A DNA stretch of 64,000 nucleotides from SAR86 cluster bacterium (GTDB lineage: Bacteria > Pseudomonadota > Gammaproteobacteria > Magnimaribacterales > AG-339-G14): contig JAOIOC010000001.1 of assembly GCA_028140145.1 (NCBI GenBank), positions 61,608-125,607 of the forward strand, written 5' to 3'. Shown in pieces: positions 19,674 to 29,305 of this stretch. A program made the translations under genes and the position numbers. The stretch's first letter is position 1, and each line of letters begins with the position of its first letter. Under the pieces are notes generated by a model. It was not told the DNA's origin and made no database searches. It saw only the letters and a list, made by a program, of their open reading frames with translations.

Positions 19674-20816
19674 ATGAGCGATGTTTATGTAATGGGTGTT
19701 GATATGATTAAGTTTGGAAGATTTCCAGACAGAAGTGTTCCTAACATTGGAGCCGAAGCAGCTTTGATGGCTTTAGATGATGCAGGATTAGGAATTCAAG
19801 ATATGCAAGCTCTCTACTGTGGAAATCTAGGTCAGGCAAATGCAATGGTTGGACAAAGAATTCTCCAAGAAATTGGACAAACTGGCATGCCTGTTGTGAA
19901 TGTTGCGAATGCATGCGCAACTGGAGCAACTGCTTTTAGAGAAGCTTGGATGTCTATAAAAGCGGGCATGTACGATGTTGTTCTTGCAGTAGGTGTAGAA
20001 CAAATGGGTAAAGGGCTTCTTGGTGGAGCCGGAGGAGGAGATGGTATACCAAAAGAAGGTCTTCTAGGTTCTGGAACTATGCCATGTGTATTTGCTGAAG
20101 CTGGTATGGAGCATGCAAAAGAGTATGGAACTACCTTTGAACAATTTGCAAAAATTTCAGTTAAAAATCATCATCATTCAACAATGAATCCTAAGGCAAT
20201 GTATCAAATAGAGACTCCTCTTGATGAGGTCATGAATGCTGAAATGATCTCTTATCCAAATACAAAATTGATGTGTTCAGTTAACGTAGATGGATCTGCG
20301 GCAGCAGTTTTAGTTTCAGAGAAAAAAGCAAAGGAACTTGGCATGAAAAGAGCGGTTAAAGTGAGGGCTTCAGCAATGGCAAGTGATCCATATACTGATA
20401 GAGACTTGGTAATGCCTGACGTAAATGCATGCACTAGACTAGCTGCTAAGGATGCTTACGAGCAAGCAGGAATTGGTCCAGAAGATGTTAACCTTGTTGA
20501 GCTTCATGATTGTTTCGCAACAGCGGAGATGCTTCATTATGAGAATCTTGGCTTATGCAAAGACGGAGAAGCAGGAAAAATGATTGATGAAGGTCATGTT
20601 GAGCTTGGAGGAAAGGTGCCAGTTAATGTTTCAGGAGGTCTTCTATCAAAAGGTCATCCCTTGGGAGCGACTGGAATAGCTAATATTTATGAAGTATGCA
20701 CTCATCTCAGAGGTGAGGCTGGGAAAAGACAAGTTGAGGGAGCCAAAATTGGTATGACTCATGTAATTGGCCTTGGAACAGCATGCGGTATCCATATTTT
20801 AGAAAAAACAAACTAG
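19674..20816 (+). CDS. Thiolase-fold protein (SCP-x / nonspecific lipid-transfer thiolase type)
   Basis: Start at the ATG after AGAGG. NACATGATAF active-site Cys region, and C-terminal NVSGGLLSKGHPLGATG and GLGTACG. Confidence 0.85.
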   Translation: MSDVYVMGVDMIKFGRFPDRSVPNIGAEAALMALDDAGLGIQDMQALYCGNLGQANAMVGQRILQEIGQTGMPVVNVANACATGATAFREAWMSIKAGMYDVVLAVGVEQMGKGLLGGAGGGDGIPKEGLLGSGTMPCVFAEAGMEHAKEYGTTFEQFAKISVKNHHHSTMNPKAMYQIETPLDEVMNAEMISYPNTKLMCSVNVDGSAAAVLVSEKKAKELGMKRAVKVRASAMASDPYTDRDLVMPDVNACTRLAAKDAYEQAGIGPEDVNLVELHDCFATAEMLHYENLGLCKDGEAGKMIDEGHVELGGKVPVNVSGGLLSKGHPLGATGIANIYEVCTHLRGEAGKRQVEGAKIGMTHVIGLGTACGIHILEKTN

Positions 20817-20823
20817 TTTAAGC

Positions 20824-21312
20824 TTGAAGTTCGGCTTAACCGGAGATACGCATAATAATTTAAAAAACATAGCAATTATTTGCGAGTTATTTAATAAATT
20901 TAAACTAGATTTTGTTATTCACACTGGTGATATTACTTTGCCTAAATCACTCATTTTATTTGAAAAATTGATGATGCCTTTAAATATTGTCTTCGGTAAC
21001 AATGATCAGGGAGATAAAGAAGAACTAATAAAGGTCTGCAAGCAAAAAAAATTTTCCTATCATGATGAACTGCATATTGATTTACCAAATGATAAAAAAA
21101 TTATTGCATTACATGATCCTAAGGATATCAAGGAGGAATTCTACAAAGATGGAAACATAATAGTTCATGGTCATACTCATCGATTTAGAGATGAGAAAAT
21201 AAATGGATCACATATATTTAATCCAGGAGAATGTGCAGGTTTTATAAAAGGGCAAAACAAAATTGGAATTATTGAAACTCTATCTCCCCAAATGAAAATT
21301 ATTAGTTTTTGA
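20824..21312 (+). CDS. YfcE/MJ0936-family metallophosphoesterase
   Basis: TTG start. Motifs GDTH, HTGDI, GNND and HGHTH. Confidence 0.75.
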   Translation: MKFGLTGDTHNNLKNIAIICELFNKFKLDFVIHTGDITLPKSLILFEKLMMPLNIVFGNNDQGDKEELIKVCKQKKFSYHDELHIDLPNDKKIIALHDPKDIKEEFYKDGNIIVHGHTHRFRDEKINGSHIFNPGECAGFIKGQNKIGIIETLSPQMKIISF

Positions 21313-21607
21313 TTTTATTCCTAAAAAGAATGAAATCAAAAAGTAAAATAATTAAAAATAGTGAAAGAAAAGGTCTGACCAACCTCATTTCGAAATAGAA
21401 TCTACTCTCCAATATATCAATAAGGTATATTGAAATGATTGGAGAGAGATCTTTACTTCCTGGTACAGAAAACCAAATTGAAATCATCATACTTAAAAAT
21501 AAAGAAAAAATAACTTTCTTGAAAAATTTATTTCTAATCAATTTTCTTACACATAGAGATAAAATGATTGAAATAAAAAAATAAATGAACCAAAAAATAA
21601 CTATCAA
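21302..21607 (-). CDS. Small membrane protein, unknown function
   Basis: 101 aa with about three hydrophobic helices. Its start overlaps the rnd stop by 4 nt, suggesting translational coupling. Confidence 0.4.
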   Translation of the reverse strand: MIVIFWFIYFFISIILSLCVRKLIRNKFFKKVIFSLFLSMMISIWFSVPGSKDLSPIISIYLIDILESRFYFEMRLVRPFLSLFLIILLFDFILFRNKIKN

Positions 21608-22464
21608 ATAAATTTCTCCAAAAATTGCTTTCTAAGATTTTCATCTTTTATTATCCATAAAATTTCTTTAATTTTATTTTCTAAAATTACAGTTTTTAGT
21701 CTTTTTAAGTCTTTTTCTTTAAAAATTTTGTTAGGAGGAATATTTAATTCTATAGCTTTTTCCTCTCTCCATAAAAAAATCTGCTCTTCTAAAGGTGATA
21801 TTTTTTTATTTTTTTTAAGCCTTTTGAGCCTTGAAATAGAAAAATTTGTTTCAGCTAAAACTTTCTCTGCTTCACAAGCCTGTTCAAATTTATCTTGCAG
21901 ACATAGATCCCTTAATATTTTAGTTTGAATTTTAAAAATATCATTGAGATATCTTACATCTTCTGAAGCATAAAGAATTTGCTCTTTTGATAGGGGGCGT
22001 TTCTCCCAGTCTGAATTAGTTTGAGATTTAGATAAATTTTTATAAAAGTATTTTGAAACAAGATCTTTATAGCTAATTTGCTGAGTGTCTTGATGAATAA
22101 GACTATAAGCTAACTGAGTATCGAATATATTATTGATTTTTGTGTTTAAACAATTAAATATAACTGAAATATCGCCTCTTGAAGAGTGGAAAATTTTTGT
22201 AATCTCACTTGAATTTAGAATTTTTTTTAATATTGATAAATCTTCAATTTTTTGAGAATCAATAATAATAATTCTATTTTTCATTCCTACTTGAATTAGA
22301 TTCAATCTAGGAAAATAAGTATTACGCCAAGTAAATTCAGTATCTACAGCAATAATTTTTTCAGTAAATTTGTCGGAGAATTCTCTTTGCAAAGAATCTA
22401 AAGAATCTATATAAATTAATTTCTTTTTAATAAAAAAATCTTTTGCAGAATAAAAAAGTTTCAA
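21604..22464 (-). CDS. rnd: Ribonuclease D-like 3'-5' exonuclease (DEDDy) with one HRDC-like region
   Basis: Exo motifs AVDTEF, FHSSRGDISV and YASEDVRYL. Confidence 0.75.
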   Translation of the reverse strand: MKLFYSAKDFFIKKKLIYIDSLDSLQREFSDKFTEKIIAVDTEFTWRNTYFPRLNLIQVGMKNRIIIIDSQKIEDLSILKKILNSSEITKIFHSSRGDISVIFNCLNTKINNIFDTQLAYSLIHQDTQQISYKDLVSKYFYKNLSKSQTNSDWEKRPLSKEQILYASEDVRYLNDIFKIQTKILRDLCLQDKFEQACEAEKVLAETNFSISRLKRLKKNKKISPLEEQIFLWREEKAIELNIPPNKIFKEKDLKRLKTVILENKIKEILWIIKDENLRKQFLEKFI

Positions 22465-23375
22465 AACTGTAGATTTTTAATAATTTTTCTAGAATATTTT
22501 CCAAGATCTTTATGGTGAATTGCAGTCTTAAAAATTGCTTCCAGGTAACCTTCTTTTGTTCCGCAGTCAAAACATTCACCGTTCAGAAATGATGCTAAAA
22601 CTTCATTACCTGATTTTATATAGTCTTTGATTGCATCGGAAAGTTCGATTTCTTTTGATGTTTTATTGTCACGATCAATATAATCAAAGATGTCAGGTGT
22701 AAATATATATCTTCCGACGGCTGCAAAGTTTGAAGGTGCCTTTTTTTGGAGAGGTTTTTCTATAATGTCTTCAATTAATTTAAGATTTTTATCTTTTCTA
22801 TACTTACCTAGTCTAACTATTCCATATTTACTTACATCCTTTCTGGCAACTTTCTCAAGAAGAATGATACTTTTTTTTTCTTGATTAAAAATATTCATCA
22901 TATTTGATAGATTTTCCTTTTTTAAGTCAGAACTATTTTGGTTCATTACCCTATCAGGAAGAACTACAACAAACGGATTGTTACCTACAACTTCTCTTGA
23001 TTGTAAAATTGCATGACCAAGACCCTTTGCTTCGCTTTGCCTGACAGAAGAGATGTTAATCTTAAGATTAGCAATATTTTTTATTTCCTTTAATGAAGAT
23101 CTTTTAAGTCTGTTTTCTAAAACAGCCTCTAATTCAAAACTTTTATCAAAGTGATTTTCAATTGAATTTTTTGAAGCATGAGTTATGAATACAATTTCTG
23201 ATAAACCAGCTGAGATCACCTCTTCAACAATATACTGGATTATGGGTTTATCTATGATAGGTAGCATTTCCTTTGGAATAGCCTTCGTTGCTGGAAGCAT
23301 CCTTGAACCTAAACCAGCAACAGGAATAACTACTTTCATATCATTCCCTGCCATATTTATCTTCTTTCCTAACAA
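22461..23375 (-). CDS. galU: UTP--glucose-1-phosphate uridylyltransferase
   Basis: VIPVAGLGSRMLPATKAIPKEMLPIIDKPIIQY, VVLPD and RYIFTPDIF. The real start is probably the internal Met at 23339 (MKVVIPVAG), which removes the overlap with the upstream gene. Confidence 0.9.
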   Translation of the reverse strand: MLGKKINMAGNDMKVVIPVAGLGSRMLPATKAIPKEMLPIIDKPIIQYIVEEVISAGLSEIVFITHASKNSIENHFDKSFELEAVLENRLKRSSLKEIKNIANLKINISSVRQSEAKGLGHAILQSREVVGNNPFVVVLPDRVMNQNSSDLKKENLSNMMNIFNQEKKSIILLEKVARKDVSKYGIVRLGKYRKDKNLKLIEDIIEKPLQKKAPSNFAAVGRYIFTPDIFDYIDRDNKTSKEIELSDAIKDYIKSGNEVLASFLNGECFDCGTKEGYLEAIFKTAIHHKDLGKYSRKIIKNLQF

Positions 23376-24087
23376 TATCTTCTTCTAATAACTTTTCTCC
23401 AAGCTGTATTTCAATAAGAACGGCATCTTCATTTTCTTCATTGCTAGCCCTGTGAAATTTTTGTGAAGGAATAAATGCTGTATCTCCGGAATTCAAAAAA
23501 ATTTCTTTATTATTTAACTCCAATCTTATTTTTCCTTTAACCAAGAGCCAATGTTCATCTCTGAAAGAATGCTTTTGAAGAGATATGCACTCTCCAGGTT
23601 TAATTAAAATTTCTTTGACTTTGTAACAATTGTCGACAGCTAACAGCTTAAAATTACCCCAAGGTTTATCAATCATAGGATTAATCAAGTTTGAGCTTGA
23701 TTGAACTTTACTACCTCCAACTCCGAATACCATATTTATTCCGAGCTCATCACAAACATCAGCTTCTAAAATATCATTTTTATTAGTTCGATCGCCTCCG
23801 TTAGCAAAAATTGAAATACTTTGATTTTTGTTTATTTTTTTCAAAGTTTTTCGAACAGATTGGTCCTTATCTATAGAGATAACAACCTCATCAATCATTA
23901 CAAGATTTTCTAGAATTTCCTTTCTCTCTTGTAATGGCATAAATTCATAACCTTTTTTCTTCTTTAAAAAAAGAGAATTATTTAAAATAACGATAAGTTT
24001 ATCGCCAAGCTTTGAAGCTTCGTCAAACATTTGTAAATGTCCAACATGAACAGGATCAAATCCTCCAGAGACTACAACAACAGACAT
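23341..24087 (-). CDS. Fusion protein: cytidylyltransferase-fold nucleotidyltransferase (RfaE domain II / TagD-like) + type II phosphomannose-isomerase-type cupin
   Basis: The N-terminus has GGFDPVHVGH (HxGH) and a later GGD...S motif. The C-terminus has KPWGNF, KPGECISLQKHSFRDEHWLLVKG, and IEIQLGEKLLEEDIVRKEDKYGR as in the ManC C-terminal domain. Confidence 0.7.
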   Translation of the reverse strand: MSVVVVSGGFDPVHVGHLQMFDEASKLGDKLIVILNNSLFLKKKKGYEFMPLQERKEILENLVMIDEVVISIDKDQSVRKTLKKINKNQSISIFANGGDRTNKNDILEADVCDELGINMVFGVGGSKVQSSSNLINPMIDKPWGNFKLLAVDNCYKVKEILIKPGECISLQKHSFRDEHWLLVKGKIRLELNNKEIFLNSGDTAFIPSQKFHRASNEENEDAVLIEIQLGEKLLEEDIVRKEDKYGRE

Positions 24088-24097
24088 GGCTTCATTA

Positions 24098-24772
24098 TTA
24101 CAAATTTAGGATTCTCTTTAAACTTTCGTCAGGCTCAGGAAGATTTCTAAGAAAGATTTTATGAAAATTTTTATTTGGTAATAGTACCACTAACAAAGTC
24201 AATAAAATTAGATGGAAGTAAAAAAAGATATTAATCTTCTTGCAATACCATATTTCCAGTTCGCCTTTATATGGAGCAATAACATCAAAGTAAAAGGAAC
24301 TTGCATCATTTGTATTGGTGACTATCTCCTCTTCATTCCTAAAAATTATTGATCCGACTCCTGATAATCCTGGCCTATGTTTAGAAATTGTATTCTTTAC
24401 CTTGCATGAATATTTTTCAAATGTATCGGGAGTAAGAGGTCTTGGTCCAATCAGACTCATATCACCTTTTAAAACGTTTATAAGTTGTGGCAGTTCATTT
24501 ATTTTTGTTTTTCTCAAAAAGGATCCTATGGGCAATATTCTTGGATCATTTTTAATTGTGAGAGTTTTTGTTCCAATTTTTTCACTATTTTTTAACATAG
24601 TCGCAAATTTAAATAGACCGAATATTTTTCTATCAACACCTACCCTTTTTTGGAAATAAAATATTTCACCCTCTCCTGAAAATTTTAGTAGCGGAATAAT
24701 AATAACAAAAAGGGGAAACAGAAAAAAAAGCCCAAGCGATGAAAATAAAATATCAAAAAACCTTATCATCAC
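24098..24772 (-). CDS. Small monotopic phosphoglycosyl transferase (bacterial sugar transferase, PglC/WbaP C-terminal type)
   Basis: N-terminal re-entrant helix FDILFSSLGLFFLFPLFVIIIPLL, plus NELPQLINVLKGDMSLIGPRP. Confidence 0.85.
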   Translation of the reverse strand: MMIRFFDILFSSLGLFFLFPLFVIIIPLLKFSGEGEIFYFQKRVGVDRKIFGLFKFATMLKNSEKIGTKTLTIKNDPRILPIGSFLRKTKINELPQLINVLKGDMSLIGPRPLTPDTFEKYSCKVKNTISKHRPGLSGVGSIIFRNEEEIVTNTNDASSFYFDVIAPYKGELEIWYCKKINIFFYFHLILLTLLVVLLPNKNFHKIFLRNLPEPDESLKRILNL

Positions 24773-25944
24773 ATTTTTGAGTCTAGGCTTTTCCCTAAAT
24801 CTTTATGTTTAAATTCAGGCAAGAAATTGCTAAATAATTTAATTAAGTCATTTGTTTTTGCTGACTTATCAACTCGTATCAAATTAATAGCTTTCAAAAA
24901 ATTTTCGAGTTCAAATTCCTTCTTATCGTCTAACTTAATAACTCCGACATTTTTATACTTATTAAAATCTGTATTTTCATTTTCTGAGTAAAACTCTTCA
25001 AATTCTTTTTCTCCAGTTGTATCACTTTCAAAAAAATAACATGGCCATTGCTTTTCGCTCTTATCTGTCTTTAAGAATGATCTTGCCTCATCTTCTGATT
25101 TACATTCATAGGGAACCTTTCCAATCTCATGAAGAAAGTTCAGTGCAATTTCTGAAAATGAAGTAAGCTTTATTTCAGCATCATTATTAGGAAAAAATAC
25201 TTCTCCCTTTTCACCAAAAATAGCGGACAGTAGGCAAAGCTGACCAGCCTCCTTTGCTGTAATAAAGTACCTACTGATATCACAAGGTGCTGAAATTGGT
25301 TGTCTTTTATTAATTCTATTTATAAAGCCTGATAGAAGAGATCCGTCTGAAAAGGCAACGTTAGCAAATCTTGCAGATGAAAAAATGAAATTATCGCTTT
25401 TAAGTAATATATTTTCCATTGAAAGTTTGCTTGCTCCCATTAGATTCACAGGATTAGTAGCCTTATCAGTTGAAACAGAAAAGTACTTTGAGTTTTTCTT
25501 TTCTAATAATGAAATAATTTTGGCAGTTGAAATGACATTGACATCAATCATTCTTAATAAAGTAAAAATATCTCTCTCGCTTCTTACATGCTTAAGGGCT
25601 GATAAATTTAAGATAAAATCATAAGAATTATTTTTTAAGAAGTTTTCAAATATATCTGAACAAATATCTATGCAAAAAGTTGAAAATTCACCAGAGATAT
25701 AGCCTTTACTGCTTCTTAACTCTCTCACTAATTCAACAAGATTATTTTCACTGATATCAATTGCATGTAATAGTTTAGGATCTCTAGAAAAAATCTCCTT
25801 CGTTACGGACATTCCAATTGAGCCTGCAGCACCAATAACTAGAAAACTTGACCTATTAATAACCTTTTTCAATTCTTCCTCTTTGAGATGAATATCTTCA
25901 TCAAAAATTCCTTTTTTTCTATTTATAATTTTTAAAATATCCAT
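24769..25944 (-). CDS. CapD/PglF/WbpM-type nucleotide-sugar 4,6-dehydratase (soluble form)
   Basis: Rossmann motif VIGAAGSIG, ALKHV, and MGASKLSME (YxxxK-equivalent region). Length is typical of the short CapD family. Confidence 0.7.
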   Translation of the reverse strand: MDILKIINRKKGIFDEDIHLKEEELKKVINRSSFLVIGAAGSIGMSVTKEIFSRDPKLLHAIDISENNLVELVRELRSSKGYISGEFSTFCIDICSDIFENFLKNNSYDFILNLSALKHVRSERDIFTLLRMIDVNVISTAKIISLLEKKNSKYFSVSTDKATNPVNLMGASKLSMENILLKSDNFIFSSARFANVAFSDGSLLSGFINRINKRQPISAPCDISRYFITAKEAGQLCLLSAIFGEKGEVFFPNNDAEIKLTSFSEIALNFLHEIGKVPYECKSEDEARSFLKTDKSEKQWPCYFFESDTTGEKEFEEFYSENENTDFNKYKNVGVIKLDDKKEFELENFLKAINLIRVDKSAKTNDLIKLFSNFLPEFKHKDLGKSLDSKM

Positions 25945-25945
25945 A

Positions 25946-26884
25946 CTACTTTTCTAAAAAATTAAAGACTTGTGTCTCGTCAAATGGTGGTTCCCAGCCT
26001 AATTTATTTTTAATCTCGTTATTATCTATCAAAAACTCATCACTTAATTTTTTAAAAGTACTTCTTTGGAAAAAAAGCGTGCTAATAAAGCTCAAAAGAG
26101 GTTTTGGTAAATAAAAGTTTAAAAGTTTTGATCTGTTTTTCTTAATAAGGATCAAATCATATAAATCACTTGTACTTATATCAAAATCATCACATACGTA
26201 ATAGGAACCTTTAAGGATTTTTGGAGAGTAGATAATCTCTTTGATGCAAGCAACTAAATTGCCAATAAAAATCATTTTTCTTACATTTTTTAACCCTCTG
26301 AGAGGAAGAGGAAGCCTATATGAAGCAGCACGCATCAATAAATTAAAATTTGCTTTTACTCCCTCCCCATAAACCAATGGAGGCCTGAGACATATAATTT
26401 CCATAGTATCATCAAGAATTGTGTTTAAGAGCTTTTCTGCATTAAATTTTGAAGTAGCGTAAAAGTCTTTCCTTTTATGAAGTTTAAATATTTTCTTAAG
26501 TATATGTTCATTATCATTATTTAGTTCTTTAACTTTCGCCGAACTAATAAAAACGAATCTTTTAACTTTATTCTTTGATGATAACTTTGCTAATTTGTAT
26601 GTAAGAACTTCATTTATGAGTTTATATTTTGAAGCATTTTTCTCTTTTTGGTGTGCGATGCCTGCTAAATGAACCAGTACATCAACTCCTTTAAAAATCT
26701 GATTTAAACCTTCTTCCTCATATTCTTCATTGACTTTATGGAATGTAATTTTGTTTGAAGATTTAATATTGTTTCTTGAAATTACATGGATATCTAAATT
26801 TTCATGATTCAAAAGTTTTATAAGGTTGGATGCTATCCAACCAGAACCTCCAGTTATCAGGACCTTAGCTTTTTTATCTTTCAT
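25946..26884 (-). CDS. NAD-dependent nucleotide-sugar epimerase/dehydratase (extended SDR)
   Basis: VLITGGSGWIASNL and YATSKFNAEK. Confidence 0.75.
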   Translation of the reverse strand: MKDKKAKVLITGGSGWIASNLIKLLNHENLDIHVISRNNIKSSNKITFHKVNEEYEEEGLNQIFKGVDVLVHLAGIAHQKEKNASKYKLINEVLTYKLAKLSSKNKVKRFVFISSAKVKELNNDNEHILKKIFKLHKRKDFYATSKFNAEKLLNTILDDTMEIICLRPPLVYGEGVKANFNLLMRAASYRLPLPLRGLKNVRKMIFIGNLVACIKEIIYSPKILKGSYYVCDDFDISTSDLYDLILIKKNRSKLLNFYLPKPLLSFISTLFFQRSTFKKLSDEFLIDNNEIKNKLGWEPPFDETQVFNFLEK

Positions 26885-28052
26885 TCTCTGAGGCAGTCAT
26901 GAAGATATCTTCACTCAATTTGGAAGTTAGAAACTCTCTAGAAAACTTTTTCTTAAATTCAGATCTATTTGAATGCATAAGGTTTATCTTTTGAATTTGC
27001 TTTATAGCTGATTCTACTGAGCAGGGATCGAAAACATAGGAGTTCTCTACAAATTTCTTTAAGAAGATTTTGGATTGACCTTTAAGGCCTGCAAGTATCG
27101 GTTTACCAGTTGCGCCGTATTCAAAAATTTTAGAAGGCAACACTCTATCCAATGACTTAAGATCATTCAGATGCAGAAAAAGTATATCTGCCTTCTTATA
27201 ATAATTAATTAATTCTTCTCTAGGAAGAGGTTCAATAAATTGTATTTCACCGTCACAATGCAATTTAGTTTCATTCTTGAGTTTTTTTAATCCTCCACCA
27301 TCTCCGATAATTGTAAATTTATATTTATCAGGAAGGGCTGTGACTAATGCTGGTATTATTTTTTCTAGAGCTTGTCCTTTTCCTATGTTTCCAGCATACA
27401 AGATTTCTATTGTTGAATTTTCAAGATTTTTACTGAAATCTTTTTGTAAGAAAATATCGTCTATTCCATTAGGGATATAGGAATATTCTTTATTGGGATA
27501 TTTCAAATCAAAATAATCCTTAAATCCTTCTGAAACTAAGTTTATTTTACTGGCCCGACTCATCGTATATTTTTCCAAGAAATTAAAAAAAGGAAAAAAT
27601 AAATAAAAAATACTTCTTGGTATTAATTCTGAAAAAATATCTAAAAAAATATCTCTTATATCTAAGTAAAGAGGCGTTTTAATTTTTCTAGATATTAAGG
27701 AAGCTAAAAAGGCCGTCATTAATCTAGATGAGGTAGCAAAGACAAGATCGTATTCTTTATTTTTTGTTTTTTTGTAAACTCCAATAGCAAAATAAATAAA
27801 GGAAATAGATTGATCGAAAAAACCACTTTTATGAGATGGTACTTTTATTCTATTTATTTTTAGTTTTTTGTAAGTTTGAAAAGTCTTAGCGGTGACTTTA
27901 AAAGAATCATATCTATTTGGTTCTGTTGTAAGAATATCAATACTTGAATGCATATCTAGTTTTTCGGATAATTCATTAGCTAATGTTGTTGCTCTAAAAG
28001 AACCAGCACATAAATCCGGCTCATAATAAAAGGAAATGAATAAAATCCTCAT
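26874..28052 (-). CDS. GT4-family glycosyltransferase (WbuB-like)
   Basis: N-terminal MRILFISFYYEPDLCAGSFR is typical of WbuB-like proteins. C-terminal LPSKIFEYGATGKPILAG matches the GT-B EX7E region. Confidence 0.7.
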   Translation of the reverse strand: MRILFISFYYEPDLCAGSFRATTLANELSEKLDMHSSIDILTTEPNRYDSFKVTAKTFQTYKKLKINRIKVPSHKSGFFDQSISFIYFAIGVYKKTKNKEYDLVFATSSRLMTAFLASLISRKIKTPLYLDIRDIFLDIFSELIPRSIFYLFFPFFNFLEKYTMSRASKINLVSEGFKDYFDLKYPNKEYSYIPNGIDDIFLQKDFSKNLENSTIEILYAGNIGKGQALEKIIPALVTALPDKYKFTIIGDGGGLKKLKNETKLHCDGEIQFIEPLPREELINYYKKADILFLHLNDLKSLDRVLPSKIFEYGATGKPILAGLKGQSKIFLKKFVENSYVFDPCSVESAIKQIQKINLMHSNRSEFKKKFSREFLTSKLSEDIFMTASENER

Positions 28053-29305
28053 TTGTACTTAGAAATCCAAATACCTCTAGTATCAATAATGATTTTCCCT
28101 TCTTGTTTTTTCAAAGCTTTTCTTCTGAACTCACTATGATCAACTAGCAGCAGAACTATATTTGATTTTGAAACTGCACTTTTAAAATTAACTAATTCAA
28201 ATTTATTTTCATCAAGATAAGATGGCAATTTTTTTATATTCGGCTCAACTAGATATATCTTTTTGAAATTCAAACTTTTTAATTTATTCACGACTTTTAC
28301 TGCAGGGCTTTCTCTTAAGTCATCAATATTTGCCTTAAAGGAAAGGCCAAGACATGTAATTATTGAATCCTCTGGAACTAAATTATTCACTTTTAAGCTT
28401 CTTTTAACTTTTGAAACAACTTTGAATGGCATCTGATCGTTAATTTCTCTTGATAACTTAATTAATCTAGCCTGCCTGGGTGCTGAATTAATAATAAACC
28501 AAGGATCGATAGCAATGCAGTGACCGCCAACTCCAGGCCCAGGATTTAATATATTTACTCTAGGATGATGATTAGCAAGTTTAATTAGGTTCCAAACATC
28601 AATTTCATGATTTTCACTAATTAGAGATAGTTCATTTGCAAAGGCAATATTTACATCTCTATAGGAATTCTCAACAAGTTTGCAAAGTTCAGCAGTTCTA
28701 ATGTCAGTCTCCAAACATTTACCTTTTACAAAAGACTTATAAAAAGCTAATGAAATTTTAGTAGATTTTTTATTTATACCTCCTATAACCCTATCATTCA
28801 TTTCTAACTCTTTTAAAATGTTTCCAGGTAAAACTCTTTCAGGACAATAAGAAATATTTATATCTCCTTTCTCGCCCACAGATAATGGAACTCTTAAGTC
28901 CTTTCTTTCTGAGCTGATGATTTTTGCTATTTCTTGTGTAGCTCCAACCGGAATTGTTGATTCAAGGATTACAGTATTATTTTTTTTCAAAACTTTACAA
29001 ATATTTTTTACAGCAGACTTTACGAAAGATATATCGGGTTCTTTATTTTTTTTAATAGGAGTTGGAACAGCAATTAAGAAAATATCCGATTCATAAAGAA
29101 CAGTATCTGCCTTCAAGTAACCTTTCTTTACTACCTTTTTTAATAGTATGTCTAGGTTTTTTTCTCTGATATGAGCCTTTCCCTTATTGATGCTACTAAC
29201 GATCTCTTTATTTACGTCATATCCGTGCACTTTGATATTTTTAGAAGCTATTAATGCGGCGGTAGGAAGGCCTATATATCCTAAACCTAATATTGTTATT
29301 TTCAT
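28049..29305 (-). CDS. UDP-N-acetyl-hexosamine 6-dehydrogenase (WecC / WbpA type nucleotide-sugar dehydrogenase)
   Basis: MKITILGLGYIGLPTAA, GGHCI, and the C-terminal UDP-binding domain. Substrate (ManNAc versus GlcNAc) is not decidable by eye. Confidence 0.8.
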   Translation of the reverse strand: MKITILGLGYIGLPTAALIASKNIKVHGYDVNKEIVSSINKGKAHIREKNLDILLKKVVKKGYLKADTVLYESDIFLIAVPTPIKKNKEPDISFVKSAVKNICKVLKKNNTVILESTIPVGATQEIAKIISSERKDLRVPLSVGEKGDINISYCPERVLPGNILKELEMNDRVIGGINKKSTKISLAFYKSFVKGKCLETDIRTAELCKLVENSYRDVNIAFANELSLISENHEIDVWNLIKLANHHPRVNILNPGPGVGGHCIAIDPWFIINSAPRQARLIKLSREINDQMPFKVVSKVKRSLKVNNLVPEDSIITCLGLSFKANIDDLRESPAVKVVNKLKSLNFKKIYLVEPNIKKLPSYLDENKFELVNFKSAVSKSNIVLLLVDHSEFRRKALKKQEGKIIIDTRGIWISKYK

